The notes: a model not told the origin generated them from the sequence alone. DNA of 62,514 bases, filler included, from Globobulimina sp. (GCA_003354225.1; 31 parts of 31 records of this genome joined end to end with filler, not necessarily neighbours in it); one strand, 5' to 3'; shown: positions 48,660-60,596, counted from the whole stretch's first letter. Numbers and translations: made by a program.

Positions 48660-50105
48660 ATGTGTACTAGGTACTGCAGTATAATCAGGCAAACAAGTTC
48701 AAACCATTCAATGCTGCACCAAATCAGAGGAGTCAGGTCAGTGGTTACTAATAAAATTGATGAAATTAAATATGATTATGACACAGTCATTGTAGGTGGA
48801 GGTATCGTCGGTTTATCAACAGCGAGAATATTGCAATCTAGATATCCTTCAATGAAAATTGCTTTATTGGAGAAAGAATCATTATTATCCCAACACCAAA
48901 GTGGAAATAACAGCGGAGTAATACATTGTGGTATATACTATAAATCAGATTCCCTAAAAGCAAGATTTTGTGTGAAAGGTAATCAACAAATTTATGATTA
49001 TTGCAATGCTAAAAACATCAAATATAAAAGAAGTGGAAAATTAATCGTCGCAGTCAAACCCTCTGAAATATCACGTTTACATAAATTATATGAAAACGGT
49101 TTAGAAAACAAAGTCCCGCAGCTAACATTACTCGAAAATACATCGGAAATACATGAAATCGAGCCATTATGTGATGGATTGCAGGCAATTTGGTGCGAAA
49201 CAACCGGAATTGTAAACTTTGCACAGATTGCAAATTCATACGGCAATGATTTTGTTGGTAATGGCGGTAATATTCATACAAATTACGAGGTTACAAATTT
49301 CAGCTCAATCAATAGAATTTTGAGCAAAGATTTTATAAACGGAATATTGGTACATATTAAAAATGGAGGAAATAGGAATTTTTTGTCATGTAGACACGTT
49401 ATAACATGTTGTGGCGTTTACAGTGACCGAGTCAGTCAATTCAGCGGTTCCTCAGAGTATCCGTGTATTGTTCCTATCCGTGGCGATTACTTGAAAATAA
49501 AAAACAAAGAATTAAATAATAAATTGAGTGGGGTTAATATATACCCAGTGCCGGACCCATCTGTTCCATTTTTAGGCGTCCATTTTACGCCAATGCTTAA
49601 CGCGGATACTGACGAAATTGAATATATTTTAGGGCCCGGAGCAGTGCTTGCATTCGGAAGAGAGAATTATTGCTTTACAAAGAATATTAATATTGGTGAT
49701 ACATTTGAAACTATTTCACGTATTGGATTTTGGAAAATGGTTGGCAAGCATTGGAAATTTGCATTTAATGAATTTTATAAAGATATTGTATATAAAAAAC
49801 AGATTGATGAATTGCGGAGATATGTTAATGAATTGGATTATGACGATGTTGAAAGATCGATGAGTGGAATAAGGGGACAAGCAATGGATGAATATGGCAA
49901 TTTAACAGATGATTTTTGTATTGAAACAGAGTGTAAACATGCACACAATTCGAAAGGAAGGTTTTTAAATGTTCGCAATGCGCCAAGTCCGGCATGTACA
50001 TCTTCAATGGCTATCGGGGAAACTATTGTTGATACTGCAACAAAGGAATTTAAATATTACAATAGATTTAAAATTAGTAAAATTAGTAAAAATAGTTTAA
50101 ATTAA
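48660..50105 (+). CDS. L2HGDH: L-2-hydroxyglutarate dehydrogenase, mitochondrial
   Basis: Presequence-like N-terminus; IVGGGIVG, HQSGNNSGVIHCGIYY, IYPVPDPSVPFLGVHFT, GIRGQAM, VRNAPSPACTSS. Confidence 0.95.
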   Translation: MCTRYCSIIRQTSSNHSMLHQIRGVRSVVTNKIDEIKYDYDTVIVGGGIVGLSTARILQSRYPSMKIALLEKESLLSQHQSGNNSGVIHCGIYYKSDSLKARFCVKGNQQIYDYCNAKNIKYKRSGKLIVAVKPSEISRLHKLYENGLENKVPQLTLLENTSEIHEIEPLCDGLQAIWCETTGIVNFAQIANSYGNDFVGNGGNIHTNYEVTNFSSINRILSKDFINGILVHIKNGGNRNFLSCRHVITCCGVYSDRVSQFSGSSEYPCIVPIRGDYLKIKNKELNNKLSGVNIYPVPDPSVPFLGVHFTPMLNADTDEIEYILGPGAVLAFGRENYCFTKNINIGDTFETISRIGFWKMVGKHWKFAFNEFYKDIVYKKQIDELRRYVNELDYDDVERSMSGIRGQAMDEYGNLTDDFCIETECKHAHNSKGRFLNVRNAPSPACTSSMAIGETIVDTATKEFKYYNRFKISKISKNSLN

Positions 50106-50125
50106 AAATACAGGACAATTCTATG

Positions 50126-50402
50126 TCAAATTGTCAACAAAGGTGTTGTTTCTTGACTTTCTTCAGAAACATGAATACATTTCAATATTCTTAAATAATT
50201 GTTTCTGTTGATTGTAACGTAGCCAATCAAGCCTAAAATAGCCACAAATGAAACTGCTATTAACCAAATGGATGGATTTGTATTGTACGTATCCACATTA
50301 TCATCATTCCAAATATAACAATTATTACATTGTCCAATCTGTTCATCATCACCGCATAAATCATAGCCGATTTTGGTATCACCAATGATTTTATCATTCA
50401 CA
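50126..50402 (-). CDS. C-terminus of a single-pass membrane protein
   Basis: TM IWLIAVSFVAILGLIGYV; ETTPLL dileucine-type sorting motif. Confidence 0.55.
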
Positions 50403-50622
50403 NNNNNNNNNNNNNNNNNNNNNNNNNNNNNNNNNNNNNNNNNNNNTTAATTAATTAANNNNNNNNNNNNNNNNNNNNNNNNNNNNNNNNNNNNNNNNNN
50501 NNCGAAAATTGGGAATAATACACAAAAAATCACTGTTGCGCGGTGGAATCTGGCCGAAGGCCAGAATTTTCGAGATATTTGGTGCTTTGGACAGTGAAAT
50601 TGCCATTGGCTAGAAAGGCGAA

Positions 50623-50714
50623 ATTCCCTGACTTTTACCAAAAATTACTGAATTCCCTGACTTTTCCCTGACACCTAATCAAATTCCCTGACTCCCTGAC
50701 CGTGACGAACCCTG
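50623..50714 (-). mobile_element. Possible DNA transposon terminus (CAGGGTT... with subterminal TCCCTGAC repeats)
   Basis: Five TCCCTGAC copies end at ...GAACCCTG; partner terminus not seen. Confidence 0.4.
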
Positions 50715-52832
50715 GGTTAGGACTTACGTACGACAGACACCACTGCCCCTTTTAACAGTTGCCAGTTTTAGAAAATAAGGCTGGGCTATATTAATACCTA
50801 TATACTAATTCTGTAAGCTAATTCTAATTCTAAAGCTAATGTAATACTAATTATGTATGTAAGCTATTTTCGTTTTAACTTAAAAAACTTTATGATTAAT
50901 TTCTAAAAAAAATTTAAAAAATTAAATTAAATATATACCTATATATTAAAATACCTCAAGGATTTTCGTCGTTTGTAGCATCCATTCTGTTTCTTCCTCC
51001 ACGCCCTTCACTTGTTATTATGCCACTCATCCCAAAAACATAATAATAAATTATTTGAATTGAATGAATAATAAAATAAAATGGCCATGGCATTCCCTGA
51101 AACGACAAGAACAAACAGAAAACACAGCAAAACTGCCTAATAATAAAAATAATCTTTTGTTACCGCAGTGCTTGTATCTTCTTCCTTCTTTCTTCTATTT
51201 ATATATATTTAATAATTAATTATTTAAAGTCCGCGGATCGGAGAGGAGAAGAGGTAAAAAAAATCGATAATCATTGGCGCAGTTGAAAACAACGCCCAAA
51301 GTTACGGTAGGTACAATCGACGCACACAAACATTAAAATATTAGAATACGGATAATTCAAACAAATATAGACTAAATTACGTTAATATAGAATTCATTTT
51401 AATTATTTTAGTTCTCTAACATGTCATGAAAGATCTCATATGTTAAATAGCACACTAAGATATTAAAAAATCAGCCGGCGCAGTTTAAATGGAGACATTC
51501 TAATCTCAGTACCGTATCGCCGTACCGTACCGTATGATGCATTCTAATCTCAGGATCGCTCCGTATCGCCGTATCGCTCTTTATTTTTTTAACGGTTATT
51601 AGAGCAGTAGTATTTAGGCTCATTAGACAGCTTATTTTTTAACGCGCTGCGACCTAAAATAAAATAATTATAATGTTAATTAGTTTACTTTGTAAATATT
51701 TGAAAAGTTATATTATGTAATTGCAGACTAGGTAGGTATGAGTAAATATGGTAATCGTCAACAATGCAAGAAAATCTAGCGGTTTTCGACTGCTTCACTT
51801 TCGCACTACCACTGTTGCATTATCAGTCGATCCTGCACTTTTTGATGACCGACTACCTCCTCCTCCAGAATGAAGCTATGTAGGAGGCTGGAGAGAGCAC
51901 TTTCCCCCAATAAGTTAGCGTGCCAAAATAAGTCTCTCGGCATCACTAAAGGGTTAGATTAGATTATATTTCAAGCCCAGAATGAGTAGTCTAAATTTTA
52001 TGCAGTCAGTAACGATAAACCGTTTAAATGTTACCAACTCTAAAATTGTTTTGTAAATGCGAAAACGCCCAGAGCAAGGCGTCAAATTTAACTAATCGAA
52101 TAACATTTGCTTGTCAATACATATTTGTACACTTTGCTTTTGATAATCGTGGCTGCCTCATGATCAGATCCGAATTGAATGTCAATAATATGTCATAGTC
52201 TGTAGGTTTCATTCCAATGACGAAACCGCGAAAAACCCCACATAATGCAAATGCAATGTAGTTCAACCTCAAATATTATTATAGCTAAAAAATGGCGACC
52301 TCGACTGACTTGAGTAATAGACATTGTGTTACGCTCCATGCTCACGAATTGTCAGGTCAGACAAATAACATATAGCTCCTCGTAGGGTGGGTGGGCGGGA
52401 ACGTAATACCAAATCTGGGTANNNNNNNNNNNNNNNNNNNNNNNNNNNNNNNNNNNNNNNNNNNNTTAATTAATTAANNNNNNNNNNNNNNNNNNNNNNN
52501 NNNNNNNNNNNNNNNNNNNNNACTGATCCAAGCTCATTGCAACACCAATAAACAACAAAATAATTAATGTTATGCTTTTTTTCATTGCTAATTATTTAAT
52601 TTGTTTATTATTCTTAACTGTGGGATTTAATGAATTTTTTCTTGAATTAGAAATGTGGGATTTAGTGTATTTTTTTTCGTGTAATTAATGCGGAGTTTAT
52701 ATAATTATTCCTATTTATACTTCTGTTCTGTGCATAATCTGTTTTGCCGATAATTTAATATTACAGCTGCTATTAAAGTGAATGATGAATTCGAGGATGC
52801 AGATCGATATCAGGCAACCATCAATGTTCTTA

Positions 52833-53063
52833 TTATCCAAATAAATCCATGCCATAATTCGTTATGATAATGATAGCGGTGAGATGATTGTAAAAGGAGA
52901 CATGAGCTTGATGTAAATTCAAAACCTTTCTTTTTGATGTAAAAAGTCGACAATCCTCATTTTGTTCCCACTCACAAGCCACTCTTTCCATCAAATAATA
53001 GAGTTTCAAATAAAATTCTTGCGCGTCTTCCTGTGTTGTTTGATAAAATGGCGGATCCCACAC
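52833..53063 (-). pseudogene. Ubiquitin-specific protease (C19) fragment
   Basis: QTTQEDAQEFYLKL (QxDAxEF box); surrounding frames interrupted. Confidence 0.4.
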
Positions 53064-53320
53064 TATCTAGTCATGTATATGCAATTTATATTTCATTTGA
53101 AAAATATCTCTTGCATAAAATTATGGTACTTATAAAAACCTATAAGAAGCATAAGAAATGTTATAGAATCCATGAAATACATATCTCTTTGTGTTTTGCA
53201 ATTTTTTTATTTCTTTTTTAATGGAAAATGTGTGTTTATCTGAGAAAATATTGTATACACAAACATAGACAACAGAAACACAAACACAAAATAGTTTTTT
53301 GGTTGTGAAAAATAAAAAAT

Positions 53321-53379
53321 GTGCTGATAGGGATTTGAACCCAAATTTTCTTTAATTAGATTCTTTTCTAAACCAACAC
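53321..53379 (-). pseudogene. Degenerate tRNA-like relic
   Basis: Acceptor-like stem GTGTTGG/TCAGCAC and T-arm GGGTTCAAATCCC; D and anticodon arms absent. Confidence 0.35.
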
Positions 53380-53854
53380 CAAAATGCAAAATTGCTTTTA
53401 TCAGATAATAAAGTGCCAACCTTTGGGAAAAATTCAAGCTGATCATCGAAAAATATAACACCATATCTATCATAACCGATTCTTAGTTGTTTTAATGCTG
53501 TAATTGTGGCAGAAATAGTTTATCCCATTTGTTACCAACATAGAGCCCGATTTATCCACAATAAATATAACACTGCGTGGTATCATCGCCATCTCTTTGT
53601 TGTCAGTGTCGCCCTCCGCAGCTGCAATATTCTGAGCAGCCATTCCATTGAATTACTATTTCCAATTCGTTGTTTGCTGGTAATTGAATGTCATAAATGC
53701 CTCTTTTATCCGTAACCTCTAAGTCAAATAGGGCTCTCCGATATGTACTGCAAATTTCCCGCTGTTTGAAAAGTTTTTTCTTTTTTTCATGATCTTATCG
53801 AACACCTCGGCAAAGTTTATTTTTGTTTTTTATGCGTTTATGCCATCGTTGCAT

Positions 53855-53866
53855 TGTGCAAGGATA
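53855..53866 (-). promoter_or_regulatory. TATCCTYGCAC motif
   Basis: TATCCTTGCACA on the - strand; upstream gene not resolved. Confidence 0.45.
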
Positions 53867-54395
53867 GTGAGTAATATCTGACTGTTAACTGTCAGATCAA
53901 TAATAAAAACACATAAAAAACAAACAAAAATATACTATCATCAAAATTTGTTAATTTATAATGATGACCATGCATTTGTTTGTGTTGGCATGCAAAAGGC
54001 CATCAAATTTATGTTATTCCCCCCAGAATTCCATTTATTTCCTGATGTCTTACCACCATACATTTCCCGCATACCTGATGTTTTACCAGCCAAATAACCC
54101 AAAAGTGAGTGCTGTATTTTCTGTGCAATTCCATGAATGTGCCAATGCCATCAATGTGCCTCAGTTTAAGGCATTTTCGTAAGCGTATTTTTTGATAAAT
54201 ATCACATTGGCTCTTATCCCAATCAATGTTTTGTAGATTATAATCTCACTGATTTGGATTATCTCTAAAATCCAGACTGAAAATTCAAACAATCCAATAA
54301 AAAACATTGTGATATATGCAATTTTAATTGCTGTGTTTTGTTGTCCGCATTTTCGCATCTAAATAATATTAAAGTGTTTTGTTGCCGTATATATA

Positions 54396-54435
54396 TATCC
54401 TTGCACACTATCTGTATATATATATCCTTGCACAC
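54396..54435 (+). promoter_or_regulatory. Tandem pair of TATCCTYGCAC motifs
   Basis: TATCCTTGCACAC at 54396-54408 and 54423-54435, each preceded by (TA)n. Confidence 0.45.
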
Positions 54436-54878
54436 ATAATNNNNNNNNNNNNNNNNNNNNNNNNNNNNNNNNNNNNNNNNNNNNTTAATTAATTAANNNN
54501 NNNNNNNNNNNNNNNNNNNNNNNNNNNNNNNNNNNNNNNNTATAATGGTTTGACGTACGCATATTATATGCATCCATTATAACGGATTATTATAGATTAA
54601 GGATCAGATGTTTCTGGATATGATTGATCCGACCGATGACTAGTGACTGAGAGAAACGTTGGCTTACTTTCCTTTAATTAAGAAAGGGGTGATGTGGATT
54701 ACTACCACCTTCTTTAGACTTAGGCTATTTTGCCATTGACTTTATGTGTGTGACTAAGATTGTTTTCTAACTTAAAGTTTTATTTAGTTTACATCTACGC
54801 ATCTTTGAATTACTGTGTCCTCTTCCTAACTAACCTCAAAATAAATAGGCAAGTCTCTACAGATCTTCATCCAAAACC

Positions 54879-56215
54879 ATGGCAGATACCAGCGTCAGAT
54901 CAGTATCAACTCTGGTTTGTCTTTTAACTCTTTTTATTTCTTTCTGTTTCTGAATTAAATATATTGTCTGGATATTATTTGAACGACAGGACGATCGCGA
55001 AACCATTCAAAATATTGAGTATGAGATATACAATGATTTAAAAGAGAAACATGAAGCTCTTGCGCAGCAATTCATGACTATTCAACTGGAAAAAGAAGAA
55101 CTTGTCGAAGAGGTTTGTCCATCAAATCCAGATAGAAGAAAATTATGAAAGTTGTTATATAAATAATATAATATATATATTATATATATTCATAGATGAA
55201 AAGAATGCAGCAACAAAATGCAGAGTTAAAGGAGCTGGAAAAGTACGAACACGAAGAAATAGAGCAATTTGAACAATTTACACAGCCACTTTTCCAGGGA
55301 TCTATAGCAACAATGTCAGCAGCTTTGGATAATGCAGATTTAGCAAAAAAAAGCATCAGTGCACAAAAAGATGAATATAAGGATTTAAACAACAAATTAA
55401 AGCAAGAAATCGATAGTTTAAAAGCAGAGAATAAAAAATATCAATCAGCATTACAAGATATGACAATCAATCAACGGAAAAAAGAAAAAGAATACCAACA
55501 TAAACTTGAATTGTCACAAGCAGAAATCCAAGAAAGTAACATTGAACAGGAAGGCATTTATGAGAAATATAGACAATTGGAAAATGAATATAATATATTG
55601 AAACAAGAGACATCTCAGCAATTACAAAGCCAAATGGAAGCAACCACACCCAACGCGGATGTCGGTGCAATAATATCTGACCAAAAAACGATGCGATTTG
55701 CAGCGCCGCGAACAATGCGATCATCCAATATTGCTTCTGGTTCATTTGCAAATATTTTTGATGAACCACAACATAGCGAACGTTGGCAACGATTGGGTTT
55801 ACTTAATACGCAAAGTGAGAAAAATCCTCAATATGTTGAATATGATGATTCAGAGCGTTCTGTATTGTCAGGTGATGATGAAAACGCGGTGCGTAATGAT
55901 GACACGAAGGAAGCAAAAGATTATGGATACGACAATGTTGTAAAGGAAATGGAACAACAATTACAAAGTGAATATGATGAAATGTTGGGTAAAGAGAGAG
56001 GGAAATTAATGGAACAACATAGGTTCGAAATAAATGAATTGAATCAACAAATTAGTAAATTTAAGAAAATAGCGATGGAAAAAAATATGGAAATAAATCG
56101 ATTAAAAAGTGATAATTTAAATGGTGGTAAAAACGAAAGGAATCAGTTTAAGCAAAGACCAAATAATGAACCGGATTTAGCCAAATGTAAAGTGTTTGGA
56201 TGGACTGCTTGGTGA
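54879..56215 (+). CDS. Coiled-coil protein
   Basis: Phase-0 introns 54915-54989 and 55113-55195 join exons in frame; E/K/Q heptad-rich. Confidence 0.75.
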
Positions 56216-56559
56216 TTGGTGATTTTTTTTTTACGTTTGTCAGTCACCAGAAACCATTTGCTCATGCAATAATGTATAGGTTTTGCATTTTTGTTTTTTG
56301 TTGTTTAATATTATAAATAACGCGTTTTTTGTTGAGCAAAATATGTCCGATTTACACGCATGAGAAAGAAATTGAGGAATTAACATCACATAATGCATAT
56401 GCACTAAAAGTGACCATACGACACATTGCAAAAACAAGCTGATGTTTTGATTGGATATTNNNNNNNNNNNNNNNNNNNNNNNNNNNNNNNNNNNNNNNNN
56501 NNNTTAATTAATTAANNNNNNNNNNNNNNNNNNNNNNNNNNNNNNNNNNNNNNNNNNNN

Positions 56560-56653
56560 AGGTGTTGTTGACGGCAAAGTTGTTGATGATGATGGTCTTC
56601 TGTTTACTACGCAATCTGGTTCATATACATTTATATTATCTGTTGCAGCATAA
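56560..56653 (+). CDS. C-terminal fragment, possibly glycoside hydrolase GH78-like
   Basis: ...LLFTTQSGSYTFILSVAA* (xSGxYxF terminal strand). Confidence 0.25.
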
Positions 56654-56760
56654 GATTGATATATTTGTATTAATATTTCGTATGTAATAGTTTATTATAA
56701 TAAATAATTGAGGATCTTCGCATCGTACTTTCCGGTTTTAATTAACAAGATTTTTGAAGA

Positions 56761-57842
56761 TTATAATTTCGATGGTACAGTTACAAAATGTTGCAAGATC
56801 CAGTCACACGCTCTAACAATGGCTGCGTTTGATTCTGGGATATGCGCAAATATGGGCCAAGCATGGCACATAAACGGAGCAAGATCCACTTTCACTTCAA
56901 CCCCTGCATCATTTGCATATTTGGCAGCATACACTGTGTCATCCAATAATGTTTCCGTACATCCGCACATAAAATATATTGGACATAAACCATTCCAATT
57001 CCCAAACAATGGTGAAAATGTCTCACTTTTCAAATCATAATTGTTCCCCGTTAACTTTCCAAAATAATCCAAATTACCAACAGCAAAATTTTGTCCTATC
57101 TTTCTTTTATCATAACTGCCAAACAGATATTTACCTTTGTCTTGAAAATATAAACTTACCTTAACATAGCATCAAAGTCAGAATTCCTCTGTTTTGATGG
57201 CAACGAATCCGATAAATCCGTCCATGCGGAATTGAGCCACACACAGCATGGCAAATCCAGATGTAACTCATGTTTCATTTTCTGTAAAACCAACACTATG
57301 GCTCCGCCCCCAGCACTTTCCCCTTCCATTGCGATTTTTGTTGGTGAGATATTCATTGTATTTATCAAATAATCATACACAGAAATTATTTCATCCACAC
57401 ATTTTGGAACAGGGTGTTCCGGCGCCAATGAATAATTTATTAATAAGCAAACACATCCGGTCAGCTTTGATATTAATTCACTTTCCCGATGTTTATGTGC
57501 TGCCGAACCGAGAATATATGCGCCGCCATGAATTATTAATATTACACCATTTTCAATTGAACTGCCTTTATATTTCAACCATTCACAGGCAACTCCCTTA
57601 ATTTTACATTTTTCAATCAAGCATAAATTCGGATTTTGAACGGACAAAAACTTTATTTGTTGATTTTGTTGTTGTCTTAGAAATTTTATATAATCGAATC
57701 TTTTGGTTTGATTTTTATTTTGCTTTCTTGATTTCGCAAATTGTTTTAAAATTAATTTTTGTTTATAAAAAAATGCATCCAATTTACGAGCTCGTTTGGA
57801 TGGATATGTGGTTGGTAATATGCGAAGAGTTGGGTATGAGAT
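56761..57842 (-). CDS. Eukaryotic HSL-family esterase (Abhydrolase_3); start unresolved
   Basis: IHGGAY, NYSLAPEHP, GESAGG, intron 57116-57159, SPLFG..GLCP, ETLLDD, MCHAW. Confidence 0.88.
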
Positions 57843-58257
57843 TCAAATTCAATTGATTTTGTATGCTACTTTCCAACGAACCATATGTTTCATCTTGATT
57901 TAACGTTTCACAGAGAATGAGCCTAACACGTGATAAAGCATCAGAAAGGCACTGTGAAGGAATCGAGAGTGAGGGTATGGCTTTGAACTAGGTAAGGGGT
58001 GATTTTCAAGTATTTTTCTCTTAGTCTATTTCCACATTTTCAAGTTTATTTACACATTTTTACACTGGCGCTTTGCCATTAATTAGTCAACAGATTTTAT
58101 CTGGATTTAGATTACCTGATCAAAGCCAAAAAAACAACAAGAAAAGACCGCAACAATCAACAATCCAATAAATAACAAATATCGATTTCAATCCATAGAT
58201 TACGACTATCCGACATCGACAATACAAACAACAACAACACAAACATAAAAACACGAT

Positions 58258-58478
58258 ATGGATTTCGATATATTTTTAGAAGAAGAGTTCAATGATAACT
58301 GTAGCTCAGTGAGTGACTGCAAAGCCATCCGACGATTAGTGACCGCCTTGTTATATTATGGAGAATTAAGCAAAAGAGAGCGCGGCGAAGCTTATGGCTT
58401 ATCGATATTCAGTGAGTTTTTGCTTGAGACGTATCCGAATTATTTAAATGATAATATCCATTTAACAACGTCGCATGA
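58258..58478 (+). CDS. Hypothetical protein N-terminus (3' partial)
   Basis: ATG after an AAC-rich leader; CSSVSDCKAIRRLVTALLYY; frame open to the contig end. Confidence 0.5.
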
Positions 58479-58605
58479 NNNNNNNNNNNNNNNNNNNNNN
58501 NNNNNNNNNNNNNNNNNNNNNNTTAATTAATTAANNNNNNNNNNNNNNNNNNNNNNNNNNNNNNNNNNNNNNNNNNNNCACTGTTTTGTAGAATAAAAAG
58601 AAACA

Positions 58606-59122
58606 ATGTCTGCAGCTGCAAGACTGAGTGATAGCAAAGAAGGAGAAGCAGCTCGTCAGAAAAGAAGAGCTCCTGAGAAAAACAAAAGATCACAAGCAAG
58701 TAAGGAAAGCGAAACCGCTCAATCGATCCCTCGTAATTTTATGAATAACAATAACATTGGTTTGTTACTATTAAAACGAGTGTTTTTAATTCATTAAATT
58801 CGTATTGATATAATTATAATACACGCATTCATTTTATATAGCCGCGGCCGGCGATCACCAGCAACTATTTACCCTCGCAATTATCGTACTTGCTGTAATT
58901 GTTATAATTGTCGCAATTGTATCATCCGGCGGAGGAGTTCATATAAACACAAACTCCCCAATAACATCAAATGGATCACAAACCATTGGAACACATATAG
59001 GCACTACGACGATATATGGATCCGGATTATCATTGGCAATAATTGCAATAACATTTTTTTTTTTTATTGCCGTAATGTTATTAATTGTAAAATTTGTAAT
59101 TCCAAAGCTGACATCGACATAA
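58606..59122 (+). CDS. Small two-TM protein
   Basis: Charged exon 1, intron 58733-58841, then LFTLAIIVLAVIVIIVAIV and LSLAIIAITFFFFIAVMLLIV, stop TAA 59120-59122. Confidence 0.55.
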
Positions 59123-59378
59123 TCAAATATTATATACAAAGAATTGAATTGATCTCCGAATTAAGAAAATCTTTTATAGCTTATATTTTCGCCCAAATAA
59201 CTTGTTATATTAAGATGACTGCCACAATTTGCGGTGGTCACAGTTTATTTGATGTATTTATAATTAAATAATAATTAAAATATTAATATTGATACTCTTC
59301 TTATCAAACAAAATTTAATTGTTTTTCCAATTTTTATTTGCGGTTTGAGGTTTTTAGAAAATTAAAAGTGTGAAAAGA

Positions 59379-60395
59379 ATGAGCGTAGTTCTCTCCTCAA
59401 GTCGTAGTGATAGACGACTGTCACTGTCCGGATTATCTTTCAGTACCAGTCAGAGTCAGAGCACACAGCAGGAACAAGAACAAAGTGAGAGTTCATTGAA
59501 CAAAAATTATGGTTTTATAGAATCCCTAGAAATCAGTAATTTTAAGTCATACTTTGGTTCAACAATAATCGGTCCATTTTCATCATTTACATGTATAATT
59601 GGTCCAAATGGCTCTGGCAAATCAAATCTAATGGATGCCATCTCATTTGTTCTTGGCGTCAAAACGCAACAATTACGAGGCAAAAAATTAACTGATTTGA
59701 TACATCGAATGAATTTCAATAACAACAATAATGACAAAAATAAAAATAATAAACAAAAACAGCCAACAAAGGCATTTGTTGAATTGATTTATATTTCTCG
59801 CAAATTAAAAACCGATAACACTGAAAATGAAACCGATGAGCCACGATTCGAAGAGGAAAGAATGGCATTTCGACGGAGCATCACCAAGAATGGTTCGACC
59901 ATCAATGAATATAACAATGAAAAACTAGATTTTAAGCAATATGAGCAAATATTATCAACCATCGGTGTTATTGTCCGCGCCCGAAACTTCCTGGTATTCC
60001 AAGGCGATGTTACTAACATTGCCCAAAAAACTGGCAAACAGCTCACAAAATGGGTATATTTCTTTATTTCTTATTATATTCATCACGTACTCACTCACTC
60101 ACAGTTTGAGCAAATATCTGGTTCTGATGGTTACAAACAAGAATACGATGTTGCCAGAAAAGAGCAAGAAATAGTTTTGTAATTTTTTTTTTGTTTATTT
60201 ATTCGTAATCGGCTTTATTTTTTTTAATTATAATCAGATTCAAAATGAATACGAAGCGGTCAACGAAACAAATCGTAACTTAGCTCGCGAGAAAAAGCAA
60301 ATGCGGCAACAAAAAGATGAGGCGAATTCATTCAAAAGTATGCAAACCGAACTATTAGATTTAAAGAGTGAATATTACCGATTTCAACTATATCA
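59379..60395 (+). CDS. SMC1: Cohesin subunit SMC1, N-terminal part
   Basis: NFKSY...IGPFSSFTCIIGPNGSGKSNLMDAISFVLG, ARNFLVFQGDV, FEQISGS; introns 60054-60104 and 60174-60237. Confidence 0.95.
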
Positions 60396-60496
60396 CATCA
60401 TCACTGATGTGGGCGCCGCGGGGCAGGATATCGGGCACGTCAGCGTGAATGGCACGAAGGTGTCCGAGACCCTGGTGCGCCGCGCAGTGCAGCGGC
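60396..60496. other. GC-rich foreign tail, probable chimeric join
   Basis: Abrupt switch from AT-rich SMC1 codons to ~70% GC sequence, with loss of SMC1 coiled-coil character. Confidence 0.7.
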
Positions 60497-60596
60497 NNNN
60501 NNNNNNNNNNNNNNNNNNNNNNNNNNNNNNNNNNNNNNNNTTAATTAATTAANNNNNNNNNNNNNNNNNNNNNNNNNNNNNNNNNNNNNNNNNNNN

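Larger units (their letters stand above)
1922..60596. other. 30 artificial 100-bp contig linkers (N44-TTAATTAATTAA-N44) separating 31 contigs
   Basis: Identical linkers start at 1922, 3943, 5964, 7985, 10006, 12027, 14048, 16069, 18090, 20110, 22130, 24150, 26170, 28190, 30210, 32230, 34250, 36270, 38289, 40308, 42327, 44346, 46365, 48384, 50403, 52422, 54441, 56460, 58479 and 60497. Contig lengths fall monotonically from 1921 to 1918. Confidence 0.99.

Noticed and set aside
54596-54620. U3 snoRNA box A (GGATCA...TTTCT)
   Set aside because: Imperfect match, and no B/C/D boxes in the U3 arrangement.
1922-60596. Regularly spaced TTAATTAATTAA every ~2020 bp as a biological repeat or nanochromosome boundary
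   Set aside because: Embedded in fixed N runs, stops all six frames, and separates length-sorted contigs, so it is a concatenation artefact. ORF-track proteins ending in X...LIN are artefacts of it.
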